Shown piece by piece: positions 45,494 to 57,195 of a stretch of DNA of 64,000 bases. The position numbers and the translations under genes were made by a program. Numbering within the stretch: position 1 is the stretch's first letter; the number at the start of each line of letters is the position of its first letter. The DNA is from a virus: IMG/VR virus record IMGVR_UViG_3300048606_000054; one strand, 5' to 3'. The notes beneath the pieces are model-generated. The model was given only the letters and a program-made list of their open reading frames with translations. It did no database searches and was not told the origin of the DNA.

Positions 45494-45660
45494 TTCTTTT
45501 TCTTTTTTGATTTTCCACGACGCGCCGCACTCTCCGCTATTGCTATAATCTGCGCTCTGCTTCGCTCCTTTGTTCCGTTATGGGACAATTCTTGAATATT
45601 ATAGGCAACAGCCTTATTAATTTCAGATTTGCTTTTATTTTTAGCTTTACGCAGTGGCAT
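45490..45660 (-). CDS. 56-aa highly basic phage protein (not in ORF track)
   Basis: MPLRKAKNKSKSEINKAVAYNIQELSHNGTKERSRAQIIAIAESAARRGKSKKKKK; MPLKK...NI.EL..G...QA.AIA family pattern. Confidence 0.7.
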   Translation of the reverse strand: MPLRKAKNKSKSEINKAVAYNIQELSHNGTKERSRAQIIAIAESAARRGKSKKKKK

Positions 45661-45672
45661 AAGAATATATTT

Positions 45673-46686
45673 TCAGTTAATAAATTCTTTAGGATTGAAC
45701 ATATCGAAAGCAGGTGCATTCTCTGGTTCTGGCGCAGGACTTGGATTAGGAGATTCTGGATCAAAATATCCTTCCGCCTTTAATGCATCCGCCATTTGTA
45801 TTCTTCTTATTACATTTTCATAAGGAGCAGCCCATGATTTTGATGGCCTTTTATTTAAAAAAGCATCCCCCTTTAAAGCGCCTAAGCTATTATATTCTTT
45901 AAGCATTTTTCTTGCATTACCTGAGCCTGCGTTAAAAGATACCAAAGTAAAAAAATCTTTTGCCTTATCTGAAAGTTGGATTTTATTTTTAGATGCAAAA
46001 TCCTCTACTTCGTCCTTATAACTTTTCGTCATGGCGGCCTTTGCTTTGAAGGCGGCCTCAGCAGTTGAAAAATCAGCAGAATTAACGGCAACCTTATTAT
46101 CTCCTGGAAGCGGAGGATGAACCTTTTTTTTGAACTCTTTTTCGAACTCTTTAGGTAAATATCCCTTTTTTACTAACGCAGGAAAGGCATCTGAAAAAGT
46201 ATCTAAGCCAAAGTTGACATACCCGCTTACTGGAAAATCGGTATCTCCGCTAAAACTTACTTCTCCGTTTTTGTCTGGATATAATCCACTCATTCCCTCT
46301 TCCATTGCGGAAGAATATAATAATGCCGGGTCAAGACCTAATGGCTTAGAAGCGTTTTGAGCTATCTGTTTTGAAGTAAGTTTATCTTGCCATGTTTGAG
46401 GAACCTCATTAATTCTTAAAGGCGTGTCTCCCCTTCCAGACATTAATGCGCCGTACTTACTTGTAAATTGTTTGGCGTAGTCCAACCGGGAAGAGGGATT
46501 TTTATAATCAGGTAATGGAATACGATCTGTCGGTTTCTTACCTTTATCTCCTTCGCTAATTGGAGCAGAAACAGTATTCGCGGCATCTTTCTTTTTTTTA
46601 GGGTCTTCTCCTTCTAAAATTACTTCATCCGCTTGAATGGGTTCAGCAGTATCTAATTGTTCTATATCTGATTTCAATTCAGCCAT
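45673..46686 (-). CDS. Virion-associated lytic transglycosylase/lysozyme-fold protein
   Basis: GLDPALLYSSAMEEG (catalytic E) and LVSFNAGSGNARK (YNAG-like). Confidence 0.6.
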   Translation of the reverse strand: MAELKSDIEQLDTAEPIQADEVILEGEDPKKKKDAANTVSAPISEGDKGKKPTDRIPLPDYKNPSSRLDYAKQFTSKYGALMSGRGDTPLRINEVPQTWQDKLTSKQIAQNASKPLGLDPALLYSSAMEEGMSGLYPDKNGEVSFSGDTDFPVSGYVNFGLDTFSDAFPALVKKGYLPKEFEKEFKKKVHPPLPGDNKVAVNSADFSTAEAAFKAKAAMTKSYKDEVEDFASKNKIQLSDKAKDFFTLVSFNAGSGNARKMLKEYNSLGALKGDAFLNKRPSKSWAAPYENVIRRIQMADALKAEGYFDPESPNPSPAPEPENAPAFDMFNPKEFIN

Positions 46687-46688
46687 TC

Positions 46689-49600
46689 TTATTTTGATTT
46701 ATACGTTTGGGTTCCAACCCCCAGTAACGATGGAGGCAATACGGTGAACCATGCCCGTGGCCCTTGATCTTCTAGGGCTTCTTTAAGACCAGTGGTGGTA
46801 AGCGGAAGCAAGTGATTCATTAAGTTTTCTTTTACTCCTATTTTTTTGCGTCCACTTTCCCAATCTGTAGTTAATTCATCTCCTATAGTATTTTCTTCGC
46901 TTAAAAGATCAACTACTACGGAAGGAATTGGGGCCAACTTTCCTCTCAGAAAATCAAGTGCCAAGCCTCCTCTTGTTCCGCTATAAGGATTTTTTGTGCC
47001 TACATCGGACATTTTACCCGTTGTTGATGATTTCTTTTTCTTGGTGATCATTTGGGCCACTAATCTAATGTATTGCTGATGGCCTCCCCAAATATCCCAC
47101 CTGGTATTCCCGGATACTATTTTACCGAAATCAGGACTGCGTGGATCATCTTCTGTGTCTGCTCCCGCAAGTTTTGCTAATCCAAGTACCGTTAATCCTA
47201 ATCCAGCCGTAGCGATTAAACTCCTGAAATAATCAACTCTCACTTCTTTTGGCACTTTCTTCCAGAATCTTCTTTGAGCCAAATACGTTAATGTATTTAC
47301 TCGTGAAGCCATCAAGCGAGGAGAAAAGAATATCTGATTCAGTGCGGGAGCCGCCTCGTTCATTGTCTTTCCCAAATCTCCCCTTCCGGTCATATTATTA
47401 ACAAAAGCGCCCATTTGCTTGTACGCTTCTTTGCTGTTTTCGAATGTTCTCCCATCTTTTTCCATTTGATCTGCAAAACGATTAAATAAATCAACTCTCA
47501 TTTTATTTAGATACATGGTATAGGCGCGTTCGCTTCCTTTTACCATTCTTCCTATTATTGGGATTTTTTCTGCCAGCCCATTCATGTATTGTTCTTCTTT
47601 GGCTGAAAGCTCTGGACTATTTACATCGGTTAAACCCAATTTGCTATCTTTCATCAATCTAAATCTATCGCTACTTTCAAGATTTTCAAACCATCTATCA
47701 TAATGTTTTTTGGAGAACGAGGATTTAAACATTTCAACAGCGGCTTTTGATGCCATCACGGGATGGGAAATTGTCGGCAAAAGCGCCTGACGTAACGGTG
47801 CGCTGTAATCCATTGAACTCATTAAAGTCCTGGGCACACCCAGAACGTTTATGGCCCCTGTTTGTATTTTGTTCCACGTGGAACTAGCGGCGTATTCCTC
47901 TTTAAGAAGCCTCAGTTGGCGTTCATTTTTTACTTTAATCAACTGATCTTGAAGTTCTTGAGCCTCCTTATCCAACTTTATTTCTGTCTTGGGTTCGGGC
48001 GCATACTCTCCTTTATTGATTTTCTCCTGAACTTTTTCAATTTCAGCTTTTATCCTCTTTTTGGCCGCGGTAAGTTTTGTCAGATCATGATTTTTTATTT
48101 GACCCTGCAAGTCCTTTATTTTCCTGTTTCTTTCAACTTTTTTCTTTTCATCTTTTGGCACTTCTCCGTTTTCTAATGCTTCCAGTTTATTGATAAGACT
48201 TGCTTCGTCCCGCAAATCGCGCAAAGTCTCGGCCAGTTTATTCCTGGTTGGTTTCTTTTCATTATAATCACCTGCTATAAGATCACGCACATCCTTTTCG
48301 GTTACATCTGGAATAACTCCTTTTAGATCGGCATGTACATTCTTTATCATTTCACCCAATTCGGATACACCTTGCTCTGCATAGCTTTTAACGAGTTTGG
48401 CTACATCGGGAGCAATTGCGGCGAGTTCTTTCGCGTATGGCAAAATTGTCACGCTTGTATCTCCTCTGGCCTTTCTTAATTTATCCTGTATTGAAGTGAA
48501 TATTTCCTGCCGTTCTTTTTTATAATCTTTTTTACCGCCTTTATTTTTTGCAGACTTCTTTACTTCTTGCTCTGCTCTTATTCTTGCATTTTCATCTTTA
48601 AGCGCCTGTATTTTTTCTTCATACTTATTGGTTAGCTCCGTAATTTCATCATGCTCTTTAGTGGCCGCCTCTTTCTGGGCTTCGGTTAATACATCCACCT
48701 TGGCTGCTTCCATTTCTTCAACCATGTAATCACCTAAATCTTTTGGAGTACTTCTAAAAGTAGGAATACGAAGTGATGCACCGGCTTCTGATCTGGCGTG
48801 CTGCCCCGCATCTTTCAATCTTTTTATTTCTTGAAGTTTCGTATCAAATTCTGAAGAATTTTTAGGAAGATTCCTAAGTTCACCAGATATGTTAGCTAAA
48901 TGTTGTTCAAGAATAACCCTCTCTTCATCGGACAATTTACCGGTGGTTTCGGCTTCAGTTACCAATTGCTCCACCTTCTTACCATATTCGCCTTTTTCTA
49001 TCCACCCATTGATAGTATTTTCGGCATCTTGTCTCAATTGAACATCTTTTTTCCTGTCTCGCACCTTCACGTCTTCTAAAGAAAATTCATTAGCAACATT
49101 CTGTAAACCACGATGGCTTAATTCAGTTTTTGGCCTTTCTACATGAATACGAGTTCCTGAAGGGGGTTCGCTAATAGGAGGCTTTGGCGGCTGCCCTGCT
49201 TGCATTTCTTCCGCCGTGACCCTTACTTTAGGTTTTTCTGAAATAGGCGCTGCTTCTGATTCATTTTGGGCCGATCTTAATTGCTCGTCGTATTTGGAAT
49301 TTATCTTGTCCTTTATCAATTCGAAAAACGCCTCCCTAGTTTTATGGTGGGTTCCCATTGCGTCAATAGATACCACCTTTCCTTTTTTAATCTCATATGG
49401 TACTTTATTTGATTTTTCCAAATCGCCCCACGATACATCATATTTTTTTCCTAGCTCTTCGATTTTTGCCCTTGTTCCATCCTCGAACATATCTAATTCT
49501 GGCAAATTATCTAATTCTTCTTTTCTTTTTTGTTCAATAGAGGCCGCTTCCGCAGCCCCCGTTTGAGCTACATCTGATTGTTGACGTAAGACTTCTTGGC

Positions 49601-52600
49601 TGCCACTTTCTTTGTCACTTTTTTCGCTACTTTCTTGGCCGCCTTCTTGATTGGTTTTTTCGTTGCCATTTTGCTGTGTTTTAGATTCTAAATTGGCTTT
49701 ATCCAAGCCTTTGTCTAATAAAGAAAGATGTCTATCTATTTCTTTGATGCGTTGTTCGGTATTTCCTTCCTGCTTTAATTCGGATTCATACCTATCAATA
49801 GACTTTTGAATTTCTTCTTTTGGATTGGCGGCAATTATATCAATAGTTAAACCTTCATCACCGCCTAATTGATCTTTCAGGGCATTAGGTGTATCAAGCG
49901 CCTGATCCCTTAAAAAGGATACGCTTTTTTCTTTATCGCCCTCATTTAATGATTTAGATATACTTTCTCCAGCTTTTTCTTTCGCGCGAGTAAAAATATC
50001 GTCCACCTTTTCTGTGGGTATTTCTGTTGAAGCGACTTCCTCCTTTTGTCCCTTTGGCGTTACTCTCATTATACCATCTTCCCCAACTTCAACATCTACC
50101 TCTTCAAACCGTGGATCAGATTTTATTTCATTGTTTTGTTTTTTTGCTTCCGATTCAACAGAACCAGCTTTTACATTATGGCCTTTTTCTTCGAGCATTT
50201 TCGCGGCCCGAACTTTGAAATTATTAAACGATAAATCCCGTTTTTGTTTAACTGTAAGAGGAAGGCCATCATTAGTCGTTTCGCTTTGGGCCTTATACGC
50301 TTCTTCTCCCATTGTTTTAAGAACGGAGATCATTTCATTGGCCTGGGTTTGCGTGTACTTGCCATCTTCAACCCCCCTATTTATTAACCCCTCAAACTGT
50401 GGCGCACGAAGACCGGCTTCATACATGGCATCCTTAGTCAAGGTTCCATGCGTTTTCGCGCCCATCATGCCAGGAAGCCCTACGGCCGTCATTAACATTA
50501 TCTGACTAATGGCTGTGTCAACATCGTCTTGCGCGGTAGGCAATTTTCCCACTTCTGGATTAACAATAGAGCTTAATATTCCTTTCAAATTTTCGTCAAG
50601 CACCATTGCGCCCGATGCAGTTGCGCCGCCCTTTAAATTTACCCCAAGTGATTTGACCATTGCTTTCGCTTTGGGGATAATCACATCCTGAAATAATTTA
50701 CCCGTTTCTTCCTGGGTCAATCCTTCAAGCCCTTCTTTCTCTATTAAAGTGAGAGCATCTGGCATTATTCCTTTTGAAAACGCCTGCTGAACAGTTTGGG
50801 AAGGCGAATAGCCAACCGATTTGAACGCGGCCACGGATAGCAACGTTATCGCGTTCGCCAGCACATCCTTTTTAAACTCATCTTTACCGCTATTCCCCTC
50901 GATGAGACTATCAGCCAGTTTTCTGTTTTGGTCATAGCCGGTTATATACATGGCTCCCGCGAGTCCCATTGTTTCATTGAAGCCCTTGCTAAATCTGAGG
51001 GCTTCTCTGGTAGCCGCCAATTCTTCCGCGGACACTGGAATTTTCGTGAATTTTGAAGCCTGTTGTGAAATCTTAGTGAGCGTAGCGACCCCTGCTTCTC
51101 CAGCGAGTCCGGCCAATGCTCCAACGCCACGTTCCAAAACAATAAATTCCGCTAACGCTGGAAGGCCATGACCCAATACTCTCATGGAATTATTGAAATC
51201 CCAGGTGTTATAATTCTCATTTTCCATTTCCCGGTACGCCTTCCCATTTACATCGTACGCCAGTTTTGTAGGTTGCCCCCCGGAAGCAGCCGTAGTTTTT
51301 AATCCCGGCTGATAGGTTCTTACTATATCCTCCAAATCCGTTCCCTGTCCGAAAAATTTATTGCCGATCGTCTCACCACCCAGTTCCAGGTTTTGCATAA
51401 GACCTCCCTTTGGGAGCATTTCGGGCCTGACATAATTTATAAACTTCCCATACTTTTGTAAAAATTGACCCGTTTCCTTCTCTTCGACGGCGGCCGCGGC
51501 TTTTATTCCAGTATCGTTTCGGAATCCGCGAATATTCATGGCGCTTAAGCGGTTGCTTAGGATTTCAGCGGTTTGAGCTATCCCCACATCTGGATATTTA
51601 TCCAGCAGGTTTTCTTTTTGATTTCGGAAAGAATCGTATTTATCCAGCAGATCACTGCCTTTTTTTATCAACTCCGCGTCATTATCTGAAATACCTTTGG
51701 AAATAAGATCATTAGCCTTCATGGTTATATTCTCCATGATAGCGTTTAATCCTATGTTCTCCCTATCGTACTCAATATTTTCTTTCGCGTAAAGCTGATT
51801 GTCTTTTAGCGTTTTTAGCTTTTCGTCAATATTAGCCTTCAGGTTTTCTGGTATCTTTTCACTTTCCGCCTTGGCGTATTTCTCCAAAAGAGGAAACAAT
51901 TTATATTGGTTATAAACCTGTTCCCTGGTAGTAAAATAATTATCCGGATATACTTCTTTCTCTATTTGCTTTCCCAGTTCCTTGGCGAGTGTTCCGGTAG
52001 ATAGGCCCTCTTCTGTTCCTTCTTTTTCTATAAGGTTTATTCTTTTTGTTACCAGTTGATTCTGGGCGTACTGGTTAAATGAATTTTCGATAGCCGCCCT
52101 TTTGTCTTTTAATACCTTTATCTGTGGGTCAATCTTAGCTACTTTTTCCTTGTCATCTCCATAGCCCTCGGCATCCAATATGCTAATCTGGGAATCAATA
52201 TCAGCGGTGAGGTGATCCTTCATTGCCTTTACCGCATTGACATCTCCATTTAATACTGGCTGAGTTAATTCTGGCTTGTCTTCCGGAAGATATTGAGAAA
52301 TATCCTTTATCAGATCAGACTCCTTTATCCCATTATGCGCTGAAACGAAATACTTTTTTGCGGCTGGAGATTTAACGACATTTGCGAGTCCATTTTCAAC
52401 ACCATATGCTGTAGGAGCTAAAATATCAACATCTTCTTCGGTAAGTTTTTTATTTTCGAAGTTGCGTTGCGCCCGTAGTTCTTGGGATGCCTGAGCAAGA
52501 CCTCCATTATTTATTTGGCGTTTAAAATCGAACGGAGATGATTGACTCTTTGAAGAATATTTAGCGTCTTGACTTTCGTGCAATTGATTGGCGTACTCAG

Positions 52601-53093
52601 TGGCGGAAGTTTCGTCTTTAAATACGCCTAGATGTTTTCCAGTTTTTTTATACTCTTTTATTGCATCCTCATCTGACATTATTTTACCGCCTTCCGAAAC
52701 GGTGGGGATAAGAACCTCTCCTTTGTCTGTGCCAATTGAAATGCTTCTTACTGTACTAATTGATCCATCCTTATTTTTGACTACAGGGCGGTTATTTAAA
52801 TCAATATTCCCTTTTTCCACCAAACCGGATGGAGATTTGGATGGGGAAGTATTTGTGGTACCAATTGAACCTTTTACGCCAGTAGTCGGCTCTTCTTTTT
52901 TTTTTACGGCTGACTCAAAAGCGGCATCAAAGTCATATCCGGCTTTTGCACTGGCGGATTTTTTTTCAGGCTCTTGCTGTTTACCATTTTTGGGCTTAGT
53001 ATCTATGGGCGCTTCCCGCGTAGCCTGATCAAAGGCCGCATTAAAGTCCCATCCATTATTGCCATTATCTGTATTTCTGACCGCTTTGCCCAT
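46689..53093 (-). CDS. Giant ejection/cargo protein (2134 aa)
   Basis: Last of three consecutive helical cargo-like genes after GNAT; low-complexity spacers; C-term [19 protein letters not shown] segment. Confidence 0.65.
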   Translation of the reverse strand: MGKAVRNTDNGNNGWDFNAAFDQATREAPIDTKPKNGKQQEPEKKSASAKAGYDFDAAFESAVKKKEEPTTGVKGSIGTTNTSPSKSPSGLVEKGNIDLNNRPVVKNKDGSISTVRSISIGTDKGEVLIPTVSEGGKIMSDEDAIKEYKKTGKHLGVFKDETSATEYANQLHESQDAKYSSKSQSSPFDFKRQINNGGLAQASQELRAQRNFENKKLTEEDVDILAPTAYGVENGLANVVKSPAAKKYFVSAHNGIKESDLIKDISQYLPEDKPELTQPVLNGDVNAVKAMKDHLTADIDSQISILDAEGYGDDKEKVAKIDPQIKVLKDKRAAIENSFNQYAQNQLVTKRINLIEKEGTEEGLSTGTLAKELGKQIEKEVYPDNYFTTREQVYNQYKLFPLLEKYAKAESEKIPENLKANIDEKLKTLKDNQLYAKENIEYDRENIGLNAIMENITMKANDLISKGISDNDAELIKKGSDLLDKYDSFRNQKENLLDKYPDVGIAQTAEILSNRLSAMNIRGFRNDTGIKAAAAVEEKETGQFLQKYGKFINYVRPEMLPKGGLMQNLELGGETIGNKFFGQGTDLEDIVRTYQPGLKTTAASGGQPTKLAYDVNGKAYREMENENYNTWDFNNSMRVLGHGLPALAEFIVLERGVGALAGLAGEAGVATLTKISQQASKFTKIPVSAEELAATREALRFSKGFNETMGLAGAMYITGYDQNRKLADSLIEGNSGKDEFKKDVLANAITLLSVAAFKSVGYSPSQTVQQAFSKGIMPDALTLIEKEGLEGLTQEETGKLFQDVIIPKAKAMVKSLGVNLKGGATASGAMVLDENLKGILSSIVNPEVGKLPTAQDDVDTAISQIMLMTAVGLPGMMGAKTHGTLTKDAMYEAGLRAPQFEGLINRGVEDGKYTQTQANEMISVLKTMGEEAYKAQSETTNDGLPLTVKQKRDLSFNNFKVRAAKMLEEKGHNVKAGSVESEAKKQNNEIKSDPRFEEVDVEVGEDGIMRVTPKGQKEEVASTEIPTEKVDDIFTRAKEKAGESISKSLNEGDKEKSVSFLRDQALDTPNALKDQLGGDEGLTIDIIAANPKEEIQKSIDRYESELKQEGNTEQRIKEIDRHLSLLDKGLDKANLESKTQQNGNEKTNQEGGQESSEKSDKESGSQEVLRQQSDVAQTGAAEAASIEQKRKEELDNLPELDMFEDGTRAKIEELGKKYDVSWGDLEKSNKVPYEIKKGKVVSIDAMGTHHKTREAFFELIKDKINSKYDEQLRSAQNESEAAPISEKPKVRVTAEEMQAGQPPKPPISEPPSGTRIHVERPKTELSHRGLQNVANEFSLEDVKVRDRKKDVQLRQDAENTINGWIEKGEYGKKVEQLVTEAETTGKLSDEERVILEQHLANISGELRNLPKNSSEFDTKLQEIKRLKDAGQHARSEAGASLRIPTFRSTPKDLGDYMVEEMEAAKVDVLTEAQKEAATKEHDEITELTNKYEEKIQALKDENARIRAEQEVKKSAKNKGGKKDYKKERQEIFTSIQDKLRKARGDTSVTILPYAKELAAIAPDVAKLVKSYAEQGVSELGEMIKNVHADLKGVIPDVTEKDVRDLIAGDYNEKKPTRNKLAETLRDLRDEASLINKLEALENGEVPKDEKKKVERNRKIKDLQGQIKNHDLTKLTAAKKRIKAEIEKVQEKINKGEYAPEPKTEIKLDKEAQELQDQLIKVKNERQLRLLKEEYAASSTWNKIQTGAINVLGVPRTLMSSMDYSAPLRQALLPTISHPVMASKAAVEMFKSSFSKKHYDRWFENLESSDRFRLMKDSKLGLTDVNSPELSAKEEQYMNGLAEKIPIIGRMVKGSERAYTMYLNKMRVDLFNRFADQMEKDGRTFENSKEAYKQMGAFVNNMTGRGDLGKTMNEAAPALNQIFFSPRLMASRVNTLTYLAQRRFWKKVPKEVRVDYFRSLIATAGLGLTVLGLAKLAGADTEDDPRSPDFGKIVSGNTRWDIWGGHQQYIRLVAQMITKKKKSSTTGKMSDVGTKNPYSGTRGGLALDFLRGKLAPIPSVVVDLLSEENTIGDELTTDWESGRKKIGVKENLMNHLLPLTTTGLKEALEDQGPRAWFTVLPPSLLGVGTQTYKSK

Positions 53094-54724
53094 TATTGAT
53101 TATCTGATATTTGCTCATCCTGTGGAACATCGTCATTGTTATCGAATACGCCCGTCTGTCCCTTTTTACTTCCTTTATTTGAAATTAATTGCTGTGCGGC
53201 TCTTGACAATTCTTCATCACTTGTTCCATTAACCCCTTTAAGAGTTACCCGTAATTTACCATTTTTAACGGCCATTTTTAGAAAATCATCGAAACCTCCC
53301 TTCCAGTTTGATCCCTGTTGTCTTTTCATGTTCTCATAGATTCCGGTAATATCCTGGGCGGGAATCTGCTTGTCATTCATCATATACTGTGGCTCGAAAT
53401 GACCGCCTTCATAGTAAAGAATCTTTTTTTCATCTTTATCATACACCGGTTTTGCCCCAATTGCTATCAATTGTTTTGCGGCTCCATTTTCAATGGTATA
53501 TATGGGAAGGGATTCATCGGCTTTAATATCTTTTAAATAAAACTTATTTTCTCCCTTTGATTCAATAAGGGATTTTTGGTTTGTGAAATTTCTTGTCCAC
53601 AATTCATCCAGAAATTCATCTTTCTCTTGTTGGCCTTTACGCAGGGCCATTTGCTGTTTAACATTTTCAGAATATGCTCTGGCCTTTGTCCCTGCGGCAG
53701 CGGCCATTGCGCGTTTATAGAAGGCATCGGTATCTGCCTTTTGTTTGTTAACGAGATAAGCCCCCATTTTGTCATCAAACACTGTTTCTGAAGCCCCAAA
53801 TGGTTTTTGCCTTGAAAGCGTATATTTGGCCGCAAAATCAGGAGCTTTTTCATTAATCATGGGCTGCCCTGTTTGCGGATTGACTTCAAACTTTACATCT
53901 TCCACATATCCCGGATTACCTGGCCCAACTCCTTTAAGGGTATTATATTCTTTTATGCGGCTATTAATTGCCTGTAGATGTTTAACAAATGTCTGTGGGT
54001 CTAATGACTGGATAGAACCCATCAATTGCTGCTGATCATACCGCTTATTCGCATCATTAAGGAAATTATCAACATTTGAATCCAATGTTTTATCATAATC
54101 AAACATGGTTCTTTTACCTTTTAGCAATGGATTTTTAGGGTCTTGAAATTGCTCTGTAATATTAGCGGCTGTACTTAATATACTTCCATTAATATCCAAA
54201 TCCTGCGTCTGTTGATAGGGTTGAATATCTTTCCAAAACCCTCCACCAATTACGCTATCAAGATTCTTTTTTCTTGCCTCCTGCTTTCTTGGAAGTGTTT
54301 CCTTACCTATTTCTCCTGATTCTGCATCATAAAACAATTTCCTTCCTTGGGCCTGCGTAACACGATCTTGGGCATCCCTCAGAGCTTTTTTATATTCTCT
54401 GGCTGCATCCAGGTCATTAATGCCTTTTTTAACTCTGTTTTCAAACGCCTGATCCAGCTTTTCCAACCCCTCTTTTACTAAAGGCATATCTTGGTCAAGC
54501 AAATCGCCAGTTTTAATATCCCCAGAATCAATAGCAGCTAATAACTTATCTCTATCTGCAAGTTTTTGTTGAAATAATTGTTGATTCCGGGAAGTATTAT
54601 TGATGTAAATATCTCTGGCCGTCTGGTTGATTAAATCCAAATCCTTGTTAGTGGTAACAGGAATATCGGCATTGCTCCCTACGCCTAATCCTGCATCTCC
54701 TCTATATTCTGTAACTGTTGCCAT
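53093..54724 (-). CDS. Ejection/internal virion protein (543 aa)
   Basis: Q/D/K-rich helical, position between 259-aa and 2134-aa genes. Confidence 0.55.
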   Translation of the reverse strand: MATVTEYRGDAGLGVGSNADIPVTTNKDLDLINQTARDIYINNTSRNQQLFQQKLADRDKLLAAIDSGDIKTGDLLDQDMPLVKEGLEKLDQAFENRVKKGINDLDAAREYKKALRDAQDRVTQAQGRKLFYDAESGEIGKETLPRKQEARKKNLDSVIGGGFWKDIQPYQQTQDLDINGSILSTAANITEQFQDPKNPLLKGKRTMFDYDKTLDSNVDNFLNDANKRYDQQQLMGSIQSLDPQTFVKHLQAINSRIKEYNTLKGVGPGNPGYVEDVKFEVNPQTGQPMINEKAPDFAAKYTLSRQKPFGASETVFDDKMGAYLVNKQKADTDAFYKRAMAAAAGTKARAYSENVKQQMALRKGQQEKDEFLDELWTRNFTNQKSLIESKGENKFYLKDIKADESLPIYTIENGAAKQLIAIGAKPVYDKDEKKILYYEGGHFEPQYMMNDKQIPAQDITGIYENMKRQQGSNWKGGFDDFLKMAVKNGKLRVTLKGVNGTSDEELSRAAQQLISNKGSKKGQTGVFDNNDDVPQDEQISDNQ

Positions 54725-54727
54725 TTT

Positions 54728-55507
54728 TTATACTGGCTTATTTAAAATTTGAGTTAGATAATCTGTATCTTGGCTCATTTGCCAACCAGAATTATATTTT
54801 GGAAGATTTGGCGTATTGAATGAACTTGTTGGCATATTGATACCCTGTCTACTTGAAGACGGATTAAAAGAATAACTTGGGGCCACCCCGTTTGGGGTCG
54901 CATTGGTTCCGGTTTTCCCGCCTATAGTTTTTAAATACTTTTCATATTGGTTATTGGCATTTGTTTGGTCGGCAAATTGCATACCCGCCGATCCTACCGT
55001 TTGTATGCCATTCCATATTCCTTCTTCCGCCCCCTGCCTTGCTTGCGCATTTGCCTGAGATTTGTCCGCCCAAGGTCGCCATTGATTAAATTCAAACGCT
55101 TTATCATTTTGATCGGCCATTTGTTGTCTCGACTGCATTACATTATTAATTTGACTCATCCTCATTTGATCATTCAACTGTGCTAATCTTAGTCTCCCTT
55201 CTTCTCCTTGACCATATACATCAGCGACATTCGATGCTGTTCCCCCTGACTTTAATATTGCATCCAACGAAGATGAAAATTGTTTATCCTGAAGTTGGTT
55301 ATAAGCGTTTTCAGCAGTATCCGATAATCCTTGCAAATTACTTTCTGCTAAAGAAAGATTCTGACCATACCCTTTATCTACCTTGTATTGTGGGCGAGTC
55401 CGGGCAAGTTCTTTTGCCTCTTTTTTAGCTTTACCAGCATTTACAAGATTTGTTACCGTCTTGGCAATTCCAACCGCTCCTTGTATTCCAGCGCTAATTC
55501 CCGGCAT
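54728..55507 (-). CDS. Ejection/pilot protein (T7 gp14-like position)
   Basis: N-terminal G/A-rich hydrophobic helix, Q-rich coiled coil, second GAEEGIWNGIQTVGSAG helix. Confidence 0.6.
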   Translation of the reverse strand: MPGISAGIQGAVGIAKTVTNLVNAGKAKKEAKELARTRPQYKVDKGYGQNLSLAESNLQGLSDTAENAYNQLQDKQFSSSLDAILKSGGTASNVADVYGQGEEGRLRLAQLNDQMRMSQINNVMQSRQQMADQNDKAFEFNQWRPWADKSQANAQARQGAEEGIWNGIQTVGSAGMQFADQTNANNQYEKYLKTIGGKTGTNATPNGVAPSYSFNPSSSRQGINMPTSSFNTPNLPKYNSGWQMSQDTDYLTQILNKPV

Positions 55508-55925
55508 GATATAAAATTGTCATGTTTTCTAAAATTATTTTCATTTCCATCTTTTCCAGATATTTTATCGCTCTGAGATTGTGACCAAAAAGACAGCATT
55601 GAAAACTACCACCGATCTCACTTTTTATTAATTCCCAAAACTCTTTCAAATATTCTTCATTACGATATACCAAATTAAGCCCAAAGCTGGTAAGTATACC
55701 CTGAGAAAAGGCGAAATATCCAACTATCTTATCATTCACCAAAATTCCCCTTAATTCACATGGCTCAATCAATGATTCCAGCTTATCACATACATTCTCA
55801 CAAATCTCTTCTATACTTGAAACACTTACACTTTTATCATAAAAATCAATCAATTCAAAGTCGTTTTCAAAGGCAGTCCTTACATACTCCTGAAGGTGGT
55901 TAATATCTATTGTTTTTGCTACCAA
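55494..55925 (-). CDS. GNAT-fold protein preceding ejection genes
   Basis: IVGYF...FGLN..YR...CCLFGHNLRAIKYLEKMEM acetyltransferase-like pattern. Confidence 0.55.
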   Translation of the reverse strand: MVAKTIDINHLQEYVRTAFENDFELIDFYDKSVSVSSIEEICENVCDKLESLIEPCELRGILVNDKIVGYFAFSQGILTSFGLNLVYRNEEYLKEFWELIKSEIGGSFQCCLFGHNLRAIKYLEKMEMKIILENMTILYHAGN

Positions 55926-57022
55926 AGTATGGGGGAATCCTGAATATCCGCCATTTGTTCAAGTGATATGGGTGATAAGTATCCCACAATCTCATTGCGC
56001 TCATGCTGTAGCTTATAACAAGCGGCCTGTTTCTCGCCTATTCCATAAGAGGAGTTGTATTCCTTCCTCGCATTGTCCAGAGCGGCATACATTAGGTTCC
56101 TGGCATAGCGGGGAACTAACGTTTCTGCACCCGGAGTTTCACCTGTGCTTTGATAGTTAACAAGTAAAAAGTCAGGTGTTTGCTTCTTTGCCACTTGCGC
56201 CCAATGCCTCGATTTTCTAAAAAAAATCTTAGTACTACACTCAGAAACCTTTATTTCTCCCAGAAAGTTGTTGTTTATATTCTTAGAGAACTGATCGCAA
56301 TGTTTCCTTTTTGATCTACACCCCCAACTTATACTGCACCCACAGGCATCAATTAACGTTTGACAATTCTCTTGGCTTTCTACCGGGCATCCGCAAACTT
56401 TTGTTTCCAACTTACAAATCTTTCTCTGACTTGTAACTGTTACAATTTCATAGGCTGAAAATGGAGCGGCAGCAATATCATAGTCGTTATTAAAATCGTC
56501 ATTAAAATCCCCTGAATCTCCGGCGAGTGTGTTATATTTTTTAGTTGGGGTCTCACAAAATTCTAATACATCTCCATTTGGACAATAAGAAAGCCAACAT
56601 TTTTGATAGTAAGGAACTCCATTTATAGTGAAAATCAATTTGGTTGTGGCCGTAAGGCTATTAACTTCATCACATAAGCCGCCGCAATCACAAGTACACG
56701 CGCATTTCTTTGTTATTGGCTTGCTGACAACATTTAACTGTGTATTGTAAAAAAGAGGTTGAATCAAGTCGCACTTATCATCAACTCCAACACTTAAAAG
56801 ACGTAAGCAATCGGACGGCATATCGACATAGTTGAATGGATCGCCTAATTTAGTAGGCATCCAAACACTTTTAATAGACCATAGTGTTTTCTGGAATACA
56901 TCCTGCCAAACCTCTCCCGCAATTACTAAATACCGGCTGAAGTATTTCTTTTTATCCACTCCTGCCCTGACAAGATACCTGTCGGTTATTTCAGAGATTG
57001 TATCGGCGAGGCATTCGCTCAT
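55919..57022 (-). CDS. Tail ring protein with Cys-rich insertions
   Basis: Ring-like ends (YVDMPSDCLRLLSVG; LVNYQS...LVPRYARNLMYA); 21 Cys; DFNDDFNNDYD. Confidence 0.55.
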   Translation of the reverse strand: MSECLADTISEITDRYLVRAGVDKKKYFSRYLVIAGEVWQDVFQKTLWSIKSVWMPTKLGDPFNYVDMPSDCLRLLSVGVDDKCDLIQPLFYNTQLNVVSKPITKKCACTCDCGGLCDEVNSLTATTKLIFTINGVPYYQKCWLSYCPNGDVLEFCETPTKKYNTLAGDSGDFNDDFNNDYDIAAAPFSAYEIVTVTSQRKICKLETKVCGCPVESQENCQTLIDACGCSISWGCRSKRKHCDQFSKNINNNFLGEIKVSECSTKIFFRKSRHWAQVAKKQTPDFLLVNYQSTGETPGAETLVPRYARNLMYAALDNARKEYNSSYGIGEKQAACYKLQHERNEIVGYLSPISLEQMADIQDSPILW

Positions 57023-57030
57023 TTTACAGT

Positions 57031-57195
57031 TTATTTATTCATTTTGGAATACTCATACTTTATATCTTCGTATTCTTTCCTTGATATTTCCTTGGCATTC
57101 GGATGTTCCGCCCACACTTTTGCTCTTTGGGAATGATCTACACTTATGAAGGTAGCTTTGTTCTCTCCGTTTATTTCCATGAAATAGACGTTCAT
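57031..57195 (-). CDS. 54-aa hypothetical protein (not in ORF track)
   Basis: MNVYFMEINGENKATFISVDHSQRAKVWAEHPNAKEISRKEYEDIKYEYSKMNK; ATGA overlap. Confidence 0.55.
   Translation of the reverse strand: MNVYFMEINGENKATFISVDHSQRAKVWAEHPNAKEISRKEYEDIKYEYSKMNK

Noticed and set aside
46689-54724. Virion RNA polymerase in the large cargo proteins
   Set aside because: No DxDxD-type catalytic motif seen, and sizes and order fit T7-like ejection proteins; remote homology still needs HHpred
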